From positions 282,531,542 through 282,595,541 of the forward strand of contig NC_058134.1 in NCBI RefSeq assembly GCF_016433145.1: a stretch of 64,000 nt of DNA. The letters run 5' to 3'. Shown piece by piece: positions 48,786 through 61,955 of the stretch. The DNA comes from Gracilinanus agilis. Its lineage: Eukaryota. The notes under the pieces were generated by a model. It was not told the DNA's origin. It saw nothing but the letters and a program-made list of their open reading frames with translations, and did no database searches. Position numbers and translations under genes: made by a program. Position 1 is the first letter of the stretch, and the number at the start of each line of letters is the position of its first letter.

Positions 48786-48842
48786 TGGCTTAGCCCAGGG
48801 TGGCTAAGAACTCCTGAACTCAAGAGATTCACCAGCCTCAAG
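48786..48842 (-). pseudogene. Short 7SL RNA-derived fragment
   Basis: Reverse complement 'gaggctggtgaatctcttgagttcaggagttct' versus 7SL GAGGCTGGAGGATCGCTTGAGTCCAGGAGTTCT. Confidence 0.6.
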
Positions 48843-48919
48843 CTTCTTCCAAAGCTGCCACTGCAAATTCTTTATCTAACTGCCCTTTGGAGGCAAATGG
48901 GTGAAGACTGTTTGACCAA

Positions 48920-49230
48920 GAACTCACACAAGGCAAGCGCTCACTCACACAGAAGTCAGAAGCAAGGACATTGCCAAGATCTCTCTGAAGAACTTTGGTG
49001 CTGACTGAGAGACATGGAAGACACGAGTACAGGACCATCTGGAGCACGGCACGCACATACCAAAGGAAGCTCTGGGCTCCATGAGCAAAAGAGATGTAGA
49101 GCAGCTCAAAAGAAACATGGCATGCACAAGTTTAGAGAGAGCCCATCCCCAACGTGCATAGGGACTCCGTGCCAGGCTTGGGAGAGCCTCTCAAGCTCAC
49201 AATTGGGCATATTATACAGTGATCTGGATA
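48920..49230 (+). mobile_element. Marsupial RTE LINE 3' fragment
   Basis: 'gaactcacacaaggcaagcgctca...ctctctgaagaactttgg...agctcaaaagaaac' matches RTE_Mars-type sequence. Confidence 0.8.
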
Positions 49231-49552
49231 TAGTGATATCACAAAGGACAATAACCAACTATATGTGTGCACAAACACATGTATGTGTGTTATTAGAAAT
49301 ACTATGTAAGATTATACACAATTATAAATAATAGATAACATGCACATATACATATGTCTATATTTTAATATATGTGTGTATATTTTAACATATATGGTGA
49401 TGTGATATAATTATAGACTGTAAAATTATAATAATTTAAACATATATAATATAACATGTATCCAGAGCTACATACAGCTCAATGGCCATACACCATAGAA
49501 TATTTAGGTGCTGAGCACATCTACTAACAGAACTGCCCAAAAGCGTAGTTTC

Positions 49553-49856
49553 ACTCAGGTGTGGTGGCCCATACCTAGCCTCCCAGTTATGGATGAGGCT
49601 TGAGCTCAGGAGTTCTGAACTACAATGGGCTAGACCAGTGTGTGCCCAAGCTAAATCAGCATCTCTAAGGGGAGCCCTCTAGGAATGTTTGTGCATGTTT
49701 GGGAAGGAAATGAGGCTGCCTAAAGAGGGACAAAATGGCCTTGATAAGAAATGGAGCTGGTCAACATGCTTGAGTTAATTGGTCATGGAAATAGCCCTGG
49801 AGTAGCCCTTGTACTTTCATCCAGGGCAAGATGAAGAGATTCAATCTTTAAAAAAA
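49553..49856 (+). pseudogene. Near full-length degenerate 7SL (SRP RNA) retrocopy with A tail
   Basis: Collinear matches to the 7SL Alu 5' part, S domain ('gctgcctaaagaggg', 'gaaatggagctggtcaa') and 3' end ('ccagggcaagatgaagaga'). Confidence 0.85.
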
Positions 49857-49867
49857 TTCAGGGTTAA

Positions 49868-50285
49868 GGGGGTTAGTTCAGTGGCTCAGTAGATTGAGAG
49901 CCAGGCCTAGAAACAAGAGATCTTGGGTTCAAGTCTGACCTCAGATACTTGTTAGCTGTGTGACCCTGGGCAAGTCCCTTCACCCCAGTTGCTTAGCCCT
50001 TTCCACTCTTCTGCCTTGGAACCAATATTTAGTGTTGGGGTTTTTTTTTGTTTTTTTTTTTTTAAACCCTTGTACTTCGGTGTATTGTCTCATAGGTGGA
50101 AGATTGGTAAGGGTGGGCAATGGGGGTCAAGTGACTTGCCCAGGGTCACACAGCTGGGAAGTGGCTGAGGCCGGGTTTGAACCCAGGACCTCCTGTCTCT
50201 AGGCCTGACTCTCACTCCACTGAGCTACCCAGCTGCCCCCTAGTGTTGGTTTTTAAATGGAAAATAAAGGTTTAGAAAAAAAATT
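49868..50285 (+). mobile_element. SINE1 (+) with a very young SINE (-) nested at 50039-50240
   Basis: TSD TAGTGTTGG at 50030-50038 and 50241-50249; host SINE tail resumes afterwards. Confidence 0.92.
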
Positions 50286-50616
50286 CAAGGGTAAGAGAAA
50301 CGTCAATTATTTCCACTATTATTGGATATTGTTCTGAAAACATTAGCTATTAGACAAAGAATTTGAGCAAATGGGCATAGGCAAAGAGAAAACAAAAGTA
50401 TTAGATTTTTGCAGATAATGTAATAGCTTCCATAAAGAACCATAGCTGTCCAACCAAAATTAATGAAAATAATGAATAATTTCCAGAAAATAAATTCCAG
50501 AATAACAAGATCAGTTCACAAAGTCATCAGCCTCTCTCTATATTACCAACACAGCCCAGCAGATTTTTGAAAAATGGATTACTTAAAAAAATAATAATAA
50601 AATAAAATATCTAGAA

Positions 50617-50803
50617 CAGGGGTCGGCAACGTATGGCTCTCGAGCCATATCTGGATCTTTCTGCAGGAGCCATAAAGCCCATTTTTTTTCAGGCGCTGTT
50701 ACAGGAGCAGCACTGTGAGCACTGTACAGCTCTCATGGCCAAATTACATTTTAAAAATGTGGCGTTGTTTGGCTCTCACGGCCAAAAAGGTTGCCAACCC
50801 CTG
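50617..50803. mobile_element. hAT-Charlie MITE, 187 bp, inserted in L1
   Basis: TIRs CAGGGGTCGGCAAC and GTTGCCAACCCCTG. Perfect TSD ATCTAGAA. Confidence 0.95.
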
Positions 50804-53346
50804 ATCTAGAAGTTCATTTACCAAGATACTCTAAGAATTAATACAACTACAAGCAATCTTTATGGAAATAGACAAAAGATTAGAATGGCATCAATTATTC
50901 ATGACTGGATTGAACCAGTAAAATAAAATAGCACTATCTAAATTAATTAGGACATTGCAGTGGAAGTAATATCCTAGGAAGTTAGGTCATTAAAAGATAT
51001 TGAGACCATCTTAGTTGGATCGAGGGCAGCTGGGTGGTTCAGTGGATTGAGAGCCAGGCCTAGGTTCAAATCTGGCCTCAGACACTTTCTGACTGTGTGA
51101 CCCTGGGCAAGTCATTTAACCCCCATTGCCTAAACCTTTACACTTCTTCAACTATGGAACTGATACACAGTATTGATTCTAAGGTGGAAGGTAAAGGTTT
51201 AAAAAAAGGACTTAGTTGGATCAACTTGGTTGTTATCTTTCTTTATCTTTTATCTTTATCACTGATATCTCTTGAGTATGAAAGAACAAGGAGTGGTTCT
51301 CCATACCCTCTCAGATGCTTGGCACCACTTTGAGCAGCTCAGACAGCTAGTTTCCCTCAGCTGAAGCACCTCAAGATGTCCTTAATGCATCTCTTTGTTG
51401 ACTCTCCTCCTCCTCCTGCAAGAGCCAAGTAAAATTTCTTTTGTTAACTATTGACCAAATGACAGAAGAGTTTCATTTCGTTCCAGTATCAAACAGAAGC
51501 TTCCAAGGAACTGGCCTGAGTCAAGCTTTCTGTTAACAGCTGACAGCTGTTGTGTAGGATTGGAAGATGATAAATTCAATGAAGTGAGCCATGTGGGAGA
51601 AGGTGAGCCTGAACTGGCCCTCACACTTGAGGGGATGCTTTAGTAATGGTGGTTGCTTATTCTGAGGGCCCCTCTGGTAAGACCTGTCTTAGGGATTGGT
51701 TTTCCCTAAAAATCAGCAAAGCTGTCCTGGGACCGTATTGATCCCTAACTCTCTTCATGGTCACCCAAAAGCATTAAAAAAATGCCGCCCACTGGAAGTC
51801 AAGGGGCCCCTGTGACTTGATGGATTTCTGAAGGCCTTTAGAGTCACCACATCCAGCCTTGCTGACCAGTCACATTTTCCTATGGAGACAGGGTAGGGGA
51901 AGTGGGCAGCCAGAGAAACCAGATCCCGTTGGGTCCTTGTTACATATTCTTGCTCTGTGGGACAAAGTAAAACCTTTGTTAACTATTCAATGACATGGTT
52001 TCTCATTTCTTCCGAACATCAGGCCTACCCTAACGCACTCCTTCCCTCCCTCCTAGGAGCTTAGAGATGGCCTGAACCCATCCAACTAGGAGAGACTGGT
52101 GTACCTTTGCTTTGGGGTGGATTTCATCAGAGTTCAGTTTACCTTCAAAGCCTCTTGAGGAGACTGGATTTTTTAAGGTTGAGATTTTCCCCTAATTAGA
52201 AAAGATTTAGAACTGGCTTTTCCCTGGTCTGGCTGAGAATGAACACCTTTGAATATGGACATCATCACCCAATTGCCTTTAAAACAATTTTTTTTTAATT
52301 CCCTTACCTTCAGTCTTAGAATCAATGCTAACGATCAGTTCCAAGACAGAAAAGCAGGAGGGGCTCGGAAATGGAGGTTAAGTGACTTATCCAGGGTCAC
52401 ACAGCTAGGCAGTATTTGAGGTCACATTTGAACACAGAACTTCCTATCTCTAGACCTGATTCTCAATCCACCAAGCCTCTTTCTTGCTGCCCCTCCAAAT
52501 TGTCTTTGAATGTTTCTTGTGGGGGAAAAGGAAAAGTAGCTGAAATGTCAGTGAATAAATAAGTTAAGTTCCTACTGTACTTTCTATCCTGGCAAAAGAA
52601 AGGCAGAAGACAGTTGCTGCTCTGGTGGCCTAATGGGCAAGATAGTATGCAAACAACTCTGAACAAAAAGCTATAGGCAGCATGAGTTGTTAGGGATAAG
52701 CAAGCAAGCAAAGGTCCTAGTATGAAGGAGAATCAGGAAGACTTCCTATAGAAGGTAGAAAATTTTAATTGGGTCATAAAGGAAGCCAAGAAAGCCAGAA
52801 GGCTGAGATGAGGAAGGAGAGCATTCCAAAGATGGGGGAACAGTCAGGGAAAATGCCCACAGGTCAGTAATGTCTTGTTTGAGGACTAGCAAGAATGTCA
52901 CTGTAATGCAAAGTACTAGGTGTAAGGTTTAAGAAGACTGGAAAGGTGAGGGGGTGGTGCAAATTATGAAGGTCTTAGAATGCCAAACAGGATTTTCTAT
53001 TTGATGTTGGTGGTGATAGGGAGCCACTGGAGTTTGAGTAGGAGGTGACACAGTTCGATTTTCCCTTTGGGAAGATCACTTTGGCAGATGGACATGAAGA
53101 GGAAGTCTTGAGATAGGCAGACCCAACAGCAGGCTACTCCATGAGTGAGGTCATGATGCCCTGTGCCACAGTGGTGATAGTATCAAGAGATAAAGGGGCA
53201 TATCCAAGAGATGTTACAAAGGTTAAAATCTATAAAACTTGGCAACAGATGTGGGAAAGCGTGAGAGATAGTTATGAGTCCAGAATACTGTGGACTTGTG
53301 ATTTTGAGGATGTCTCCCCCAAAATCACCTTAGAATTCAAGGAAAG

Positions 53347-54330
53347 AGGGGGCAGGTAGGTGGCTCAGTTGGCTGAGAGCCAGACCTAGAGACAGGAAGG
53401 AGGTCCTGGTTTCAGATCTAGCATAAAACACTTCCTTGCTGTGTGACCCTGGGCAAGTCACTTAACCCCAGTTGCCTAGCCCTTACCATTCTTCTGCCTC
53501 AGAACCAATATACGGATTAGAGAAATACAAATTAAAATAATGCTGAGGTACTATCTATCTCACATGTATCAGATTGCCCAGTATGGCAATAAAGGAAAGT
53601 GATAAATGTTGGTGGGGATGTGGCAAAATTGGGACACTGATTCATTATTGGTGGAGTTGTGAACAGATCCAGCCATTCTGGAGGACAATTTGGAACTATG
53701 CCCAAAAGGCTATGAAACTGTGCATACCCTTTGATCCAGTAATAACACTACTGGGTCTGTATCCCAAAAAAATAATAATAAAGGGGAAAAGACCTGTTTG
53801 TACAAAAATATTTATAGCAACTCTTTTTGTAGTGGCAAAGAATTAGTAATGGACGGGAAGGCCATCCATTGGGGAAAGGCTGAACAAATCATGGTACGTG
53901 TTGGTTTTGGAATACTATTGTGCTCCAAGAAATGATAAGCAAGATGAATTCAGAAAAAGCTGGAGAGATCTGCGAGAACTAATGCAGAGTGAAATAAACA
54001 GAACCAGGAGAACATTATACACAGTAACAGTAATATCTTACAATGATTATCTGTGAAAACTTGGCTACTCTCAATACTGCAATGACCTGGGACAATCCTG
54101 AGAGACTTATGGCGGGGAATGTTACCCACCTCTAATGAAAGAACTGTTGCAGTCTTTCACATCAGTGTATCTTTGGTTTTATTTGGGAGTTGTGCTTATG
54201 TATGTGTGCTCTTACAACAATGACCAATATGGAGGTGGGTTTTCCATGACAATAAAAATAAAATTTAAATGAAAACAAAGAACCAATATATGGTATTGAT
54301 TCTAAGACAGAAGATAAGGTTTAAAAATAA
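53347..54330 (+). mobile_element. SINE1 interrupted by a 5'-truncated L1 (53516-54278)
   Basis: 15 bp TSD AGAACCAATATA(C/T)GG. L1 ORF2 C-terminus (CWWGCGKIGTLIHYWW...W) plus 3'UTR. Confidence 0.92.
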
Positions 54331-57119
54331 ATAAATTAAAGAGAGAGAGCTACAGAGGTGTAAATAGAGATAGAATGTCAGGCTGTCAAAGATAGGATGA
54401 GCCTTACTGATTTCTGTCTTGGGCCTTCTCTTCATCTCACATCACCCAGTTGCCTTCCACCACTGTCTCTGTTTTCACCCCCACCTCTGATAAAAAAAGG
54501 TGTCTCTTCTCACCAAGGCAAGCTCTTCTCCTTGCAAAAATGATCCAATTCCATCTTTTCCAGCAGATTTCCTCCTCTATCATTTCTGTCTCCTGGCTTC
54601 CTCTCTACTGCCAGGTGCTGCAGTAGATAAAGAGCTGGGTCTAGAGTCAAGAAGACCCCAAGTTAAGATCTGGTCTCAGAGATGTGACCCTACACTGTCT
54701 TAGAGATTTCCTGCCAAGATAACTGGTAAGATTAACTACTGAGAAAACATTCCACACCAGAACAAACCAGTTCTCTGGCAACTCCTGAAATCTCAACACA
54801 TTCTACTACTACAAATCACTGGATAACCTATCTCTATTATTCAACCATCCCCAAGAAAAGAAAGTGACTAAACTACTTCATCTAAACCTCCTTTGAAGCC
54901 TATGGTGTTACTCTACTGTGTAAAGACTATGTAAAGCGAGATTATATATATTTAATATATACATATTATACATATACATATATATGTACATATATATATA
55001 TATATATGTTCTCGGAGTAGATTTCTACATATCTGTTAATGATAATTAAACTTTTATCTTCTAGCCTGATATCTTGAAGTATTGATATCCAAATTCAAAT
55101 GAAATTCAGGACAAAGGTAGGAGGAATTACTCTCCAGCAGGATTTTAGACCCTCCTGGTGGAGGAATTCTCTAACAGTGATGTCCATGTTAGGAGCCTGG
55201 ATGATTGGGAGGATTATAGTACCCCTGACAATCTAGTACCCTAGAGTTAGATAAGTAAATTTGAGAATTAACTCCATAGATTCCGAATACCGAATCCACA
55301 AAAGAAGAGGAGATCTCCAAGTGAAATAATAGAGAGGGAGAAGAATGGGCCCAGGAAAGAGCCTTGTAGGACACTGACCTTTAGAAGGACACTAACCTAG
55401 ATAAAGATCCAGCCAAGGAGACAGAGTAGGAACAGTCCTAGAAGCAGGAGAATTAGAATAGAGTAGTATCTGAAAAATATAGAGGAGAGAATACTAAAAA
55501 GAGAGTGAAAGGGGGGCAGCTGGGTGGCTCAGTGGATTGAGAATCAGGCCCAGAGACAGAAGCTCCTGGGTTCAAATTTGACCCCAGACACTTCCTAGTT
55601 GTGTGACCCTGGGCAAGTCATTTAACACTTAACACCCATTGCCTATACCAAAACCAATATACCCAGTATTGATTCTAAGATGGAAGGTAAGAGTTTTTTA
55701 AAAAGAGAGAGAAAGAGTGAGTAATAATATTAAAGACTTCATAGTTGTTCAAAAGAATGGAGATTTTGGGGGTGGGGTGGGGGTTCAGAGCAGAAGTGTG
55801 ATTTATTTGATCTGATAGCCAGCATTTCTCCTAGTTCTTTTTTTTTTTAATAACTTTTTTGGAGATATTTCTCAAGGACATGTAGAGTGCCTACCAAAGG
55901 AAAATGCTTTATGTTTTATAGTATTTAGTTAGTACCCAACACTCCAGAGATATGAAAGAATTTGTGTTTCTATCCATCTGTTCCCATATTTCCCAAGATA
56001 CATTTTTTTCCACTGGTCTACCAAACACTGACTAATAGCAACACTGCAATATTATTTTGGGAAGTTATAATCTTTTTACTAGTCAGAACGCATATCTCCA
56101 GATTCTGAGGACAAGCCATTATTCTTATGACTTTCTTCCACTGAGCTGGATTTGGAATAACCGTTGAACTATAATCTTTTTAGGCTCTTAGGCTCAAATA
56201 TACAATTCAATCAACAAATTTATGATATGGTGGAAAGGTCAGGTAAAGGATTGAACTTTAACAACAGTAAGCAACTTTAAATGAGGATGGAAATATTGCT
56301 AGGCTTTGAGCCAGATGACCCGAGTTTGAGTCTGGTTCTGACCCTTTTTTAGCTGAAGTCACTCAGCCTATTTCATAATCAATAAATTAGGAATTACAAT
56401 ACTCAAAAAGTTATTGTGAGAAAAGAGAGCCCTGAAATTGGACCTGGAGGCTTGGCTTTGAGTCCTAACTCTGATACTTATCTCTTTTCAAGGCTACTCA
56501 TCTTTGGGTCCGTCTTTCTCCTTGCTCTTACCTGTGGTTTCAAGAAACTATAGCATGAACAGTGGCCACACCTTGGTGAAACCACCTTGGCAGATGGGCT
56601 AAATCAGGTTGAGGGTAACCCACAGAACTCAAACACATTGGTAAGATATGCTCTAGGCATGTATGCTCTAGGCATGTGAAGACTTCTGTAGAATGGATGG
56701 ATGAGAACATTTCGTTCCAATAGTCATGAAGGCAGTTGAAGTAGGTCCTGTAAAATGCTTAGAGCTTGATCAGACATTGAATAAAGCCAAGGTCATTCAC
56801 TGTATTGTGAGCCATTGCCAATCATGCTCATTTTTGTCTTGCCATTGGACTTTGAAGACTCTTTTTATGATTTTCTTGAATTTTTTTTATTTGGACATCA
56901 TATTTTCTGTTTAAGTCTGGTCTTTTCTTTAGGAATGCTTGGAAATCTTCTATTTTATTAAATGACCACATTTTCCCCTAAAAGAATAGTCAGTTTTGAT
57001 GAATAGGTGATTCTTGGTTATAAGTCTAGTTCCTTCTCCTTCCCAATATCATAATCCAAGCATTCCAATTCTTCAATGTGGAAGCTGCCAGATCCTGTGT
57101 AATCCTGACAGGGGGTCCA

Positions 57120-58163
57120 TGTATAAGTGTGGAATTGGGGTAAATCAAAGATCACTAAACACTCATCTTGGAAGGGAAATGGAAGCTGATCCCATGAAAC
57201 CCTGAGAGAATTCCATTTGGGAGGGGTCAGCAGCAAGAGGAGTTTGGAGGAGAATTCTGAAGGTCCTAACTGTCAAAAAACAGACTCGACAGAAGAGGAG
57301 GACTGGACTGGGACCCTGGGGGGTTGGCTCTTTGATTGGGAGGTTTTGATTTGGGGGTGGATCCTGAGTGAATTGGGTTCCTCTGTACTTTTATTAGTGA
57401 TTATTGGGAGATCACAACTACTAACATCAATTCCTACTATCTTCATTTACCAACAAAGAAGACATTGAACAGCAATTCTCTGATGTGGACAGAGAGCTCA
57501 AACTCCTGGGGGAGAAAGCTTGAATGAGTGTGTGGGGGGGGGTCCTCTTCCCTGATCCTACTTGAATCCATTTATCCTATTATTTCCCTCTTGTATTAGT
57601 TTAGAAATATTTGATAGGAGATTGTAGGGGCAAGAGAGAGTTAGCTACTGTGACTAAGCCACAGAAAAAGTCCAGAACTGCTCTCTTGGGGAGAAGACAT
57701 AGCTGATAGTGAAGTTCATCCTTTCCCTCTTCCTTGATTCCCCTATACCCTTTTCCCCTGTACCCTGAATTTAGTTTACCATTTAATAAACCCCTGATAG
57801 TTTGATACTTAGAGTCTGGAGCAGTTGCATTGAGGGGGGGAGGTGACTGATCTTGGAGCTGAGGGGCAGTTACTTGTCTCCATCTTGATGGGCAAGAGCT
57901 AACTTGAACTTAGAAGTGGTGGAGGTTTGTCTCAATAGGGCTGGCTCTGAGGGTGGGATCCAACCCATTAGGGTCACAACTGAACCCCAACACCTTCCTT
58001 CAACATCCCCACTATAGCTTTGCTAGGTTGGGAACCTCTTTGAGTTTATTCCCTCATAGGTCTTCCCTGGAATGGGGGTGAGTGATTAGCTGATCTGGCC
58101 CACTGAAAGCTAACATGGGGGGAGTCTAGATACCCCCCTACCACCAATACTCACTCCCATACA
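57120..58163 (+). mobile_element. Solo LTR (about 1.04 kb) inserted in L1 ORF1
   Basis: TGTAT...ATACA ends, CATG repeated at the junctions, AATAAA at 57785. L1 sequence is collinear on both sides. Confidence 0.85.
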
Positions 58164-58430
58164 CATGATATTTGAATTGTTTCTTTCTGGCTGTTTGCAG
58201 TATTTTCTCCTTGGCCTGGGAGCTCTTGAACTTGGCTATAACATTTCTGGGAGTTGTCATTGGGTGCTTTATTGCAGGAGGTGACCTATGGGTTCTTTCT
58301 ATTTCTATTTGATGCTTTTGTTCAAGAATATCAGGGCAGTTTTCTTTGATAATTTCTTGTAAAATGATGTCTAGGATTTTTTTATCACGACTTTCAGATA
58401 GTCCAATAATTCTTAAATTATTTCTCCTGA

Positions 58431-59085
58431 AGATGAACCAGGAAAACATTATATGCAATACCTGCAATATTGAGGAAGCATCAAATGTGATAGACTTTGC
58501 TACTAACAGCAATACAATGATCCAGGACAATTCTGAAGGACTTAAGAAAAAGAATGCTGGCAGCAGCTGGTGGCTCAGTGGATTGAGATCCAGGCCTAGA
58601 GACAGGAGGTCCTAGGTTCAAATCTGGCCTCAGACATTTCCTAGCTGAGTGACCCTGGGCAAGCCACTTAACTCCCATTGCCTACCCCTTACTACTCTTC
58701 TGTCTTGGAACCAATACACAGTATCAATTCTAAGACCAAGGGTAAGTGTTTAAAAAGAAAGAAAAAGAATGCTATCCACCTCCAGAGAAAGAACTGTTGG
58801 AGTAAGAATGATTTGTCACTTGTTTACTTGAGTATATGTTTTGTGTTTGATTTTTTAAGATTATTCACTTATAAAAATGAATATGAAAATATGTTTTGCA
58901 TGATAATACACATATAATGCAGACTGAATTGCTTAGCAGCCCTGGAAGGGAGGGGAAGGGAGGGAGACAATATGGATCATATAACTTTGGAAAACTTATG
59001 TGGAAATTTTTTATTAAAATAAATTTAAAATGATAAGTTAATAAATTAAAAATAAAAAGTAAATTAAATTAAGTAAAAAAAAATT
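58431..59085 (+). mobile_element. L1 3' end inserted in the older L1, itself carrying a SINE at 58559-58761
   Basis: Outer TSD TTAAAT(T/C)AT(T/C)TCTCCTGA. Inner perfect TSD AAAAAGAATGCT. Confidence 0.9.
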
Positions 59086-61767
59086 TTAAATCATCTCTCC
59101 TGAATCTATTTTCTGGATTAGTTGTTTTTTTCTGTTTTTTCATTATTTTGATTTTGTTCTATTGCTTCTTCATGTCTTGTGAAATCATTAGCTTCTATTT
59201 GCCCAATTCTAATTTTTAAAGAAAGTATTTCTTCCATGACCTTTTCATCCTCCTTTTCCATTTGGTTCTACTTTTCATGGAATTCTTTTCTTCATGACTT
59301 TTTGCACCTCTTCTTCCAGTTGACCAATTTTAATTTTTAAGCTGTTATTTTCTTTTTGCATAATTTCTTTTTCCTATTTTTCTTTGACTTGTCTTATTTG
59401 ATTTTTGAATTTATTTTTGAGTTCTTCCAGTGCCTGAGACCAATTCCCACTTCTCTTTGAAGTTCTACATATGATTGTTTGGATCTCATCATCCCCTATT
59501 GACTCTGTGCCTTGCTTTTTGTTGCCATGGAAATTTTCTTTGGTTAGGTGTTTCTTTTATTGTTTGCTCATTTTTCCAGCCATTTTTTGACTATGGACTG
59601 GGAATTCCGAAAGTTGCTAATTCTGTCTCCTCTGTTGAGGGCTTGCAGGACTCAGCACTCTGAGCTATTTTGCCCTGGGGCTAGTGCTTCACTCCAGAAC
59701 AAGCTTGAAAGGGCCAAGTGCTATGGACTTCCAGGTCTCACTGCAGGCTGGTGCCAGGACTTGGGACTTCAAGGGGTGGGTGTGGGCTCCTCTGTTGTTG
59801 ATGTAGGCAGAGTCCTGAGACCCTGGAGTTGATCTATGCCCAAACTCTGAACCTGGCACAGGAGGTGAGAGTTGGTCAGTCAGCACTACCCTGTGTGCGG
59901 TTTTACTTTCAATTCCCCCTTATCTCATGAAAATGTGACTCTTTCTGCCTGCCATTCAAGTTGTTTTCTGTAGGAGAGCTTCCTTTCTTCATCTTGTGGT
60001 TGGTTTTTGTCTCCTGTTGTTTTGAGGCACTTCTGATGTAGAAGGATCCTCAGAGCAGTTTCAGCTTTTGCTGCTACCATATTGGCTCCATCCCAAGAAT
60101 GAAGATTTTTAAAGCACCATTCATTAGATTTGACAACTAAGTATGTTGTCAACTAAGTAAGATCACTGGTAACTTTGGAGAGAAGTTTTAGTTGATTAGG
60201 TCAGAAGTCAGACTGGAGAAAATTTTTAAAAGAATGAGACGAAAGGAAATGGAGGCATTGAATGTGAATGACCTTCTCAAGTTGCTTAGCCACAAAGTTG
60301 AGGGGATATAGCTAGTGGGGATACATAGATCAAGTCAGAGTTTTTTTGAGGATGAGGGAAAAGTGAGTATGCTTATAATAATATTAGTAGTAGCTAGCAT
60401 TTATATAGTGCCTACTAGGCATTAAGCACTTTACAATTACTGTCTCATTTGATCCTCACAACAACCCTGGGAGGTAGGTACTATTATTACTCCCATTTCA
60501 TAGATAAGGAAACTGAGGCAAACAGAGATAAGTGATTTGCCCAGGTCACATAGCTAAGGAGTGTCTGAGACCAGATTTTAACTTGGGGTCTTTTTGACTC
60601 CAGGTCTTGCTTTATATCTGCTGTACCTCTTAGCAGTAGAGACAAAGCCAGTAGACAGAGATGATAGAGGAAAAGATGGAATTGGATCATTTTTGCATGG
60701 AAGAGAGCTTGCCTTGGTGAGGAGAATGGTCACCTTTTTATCAGAGTTGGGGGTAAAGGTAGAGACAGTGGCAGAAGGCATCTGGGTGATGTGAGATGAG
60801 TAAAGAGCTCTTAGTGAATGACCTTATTTTTTTTCAGTGAAATATGAGTCAAGGTTCTCAGTTATGGGATGGAGGGAAATAGGAAGTTTGAGGAGAGATG
60901 TTAAAAATTTTGGAAAAACCTCTGTGGTGAATGGGAGAGTGAAACATTCAGGGAGTAGAGGACTCAAGAGAAGGAATGGAAGTCATGGTAAGGACCCAAC
61001 AGGGACTGAGTATTGCAAGGCAAAGGAAAAAGTAAAAGGCTAAAAGATGGTGATCAAATAAGAGAATTTCAGAGTCCATAACCATGGAAGTCATGCATTT
61101 GTTGGGGATGTCATGACCAGCCACTCTTGAGACTTACAATTGTGTGTAAACAAAGCCACCATTGAGGGCTGGCACGAGTGACTCAAAGAATGATAATGCA
61201 AAGCAAGGCAAATCTCTGGGATTTTAGGATTGTCTAACAATTGTGCTGAAGGAACCTTTTGAGTATTGTTTGGTTTTTTAAATTTGACATTTGAGAGGCC
61301 AACCAGAATTCTGCCAGATAGACTTTATTTTATTTGTTTATTTTACCTTCCATCTTAGAATCCAGAATAAGTATTGGTTCCAAGGCAGAAGAGCAGTAAG
61401 GACTCAGCAATAGAGGTTAAGTGACTTGTCCAGGATCATATAGCTAGGAAGTGTCTGAGGCCAGATGTGAACCTAGGACCTCTCATCTCTAGGCCTGGCT
61501 CTCTATCCACTGAGCCACCCAACTGCACCCAGACATTGGGGAGACACTTGAAAGAACAATGTTTAACTCTGCCCCAGGTCCCCAGAGACATTCCTGGAAT
61601 TGACAATATGGACAAACTTGCCAATTACCAATTGCCCCCCCCCATTTAGTTAGCTGAGGACAAGAAGAGGTGCTGTATCAGTTCAAAGTTTCTACTCTCA
61701 CCCCAAGTTGTGAACTGGGAACTGTAATTCTCTCTGTCTCTGTCTCTCTTCTCTCTCCTGCTCTCCT

Positions 61768-61955
61768 NNNNNNNNNNNNNNNNNNNNNNNNNNNNNNNNN
61801 NNNNNNNNNNNNNNNNNNNNNNNNNNNNNNNNNNNNNNNNNNNNNNNNNNNNNNNNNNNNNNNNNNNNNNNNNNNNNNNNNNNNNNNNNNNNNNNNNNNN
61901 NNNNNNNNNNNNNNNNNNNNNNNNNNNNNNNNNNNNNNNNNNNNNNNNNNNNNNN
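61768..61955. other. Assembly gap (188 N)
   Basis: Run of N flanked by TC-rich sequence. Confidence 1.

Larger units (their letters stand above)
56870..60085 (-). mobile_element. L1 5'UTR and ORF1 remnant with nested insertions
   Basis: ORF1p remnant RRNNLRIIGL...EIIKENCP...IERTHR...PRNVIAKFKSSQAKEKILQTARKKQFKYH. Confidence 0.9.

Noticed and set aside
54690-55170. Possible further solo LTR
   Set aside because: LTR-like composition and an ...AACA end, but no TSD or clear 5' boundary could be fixed.
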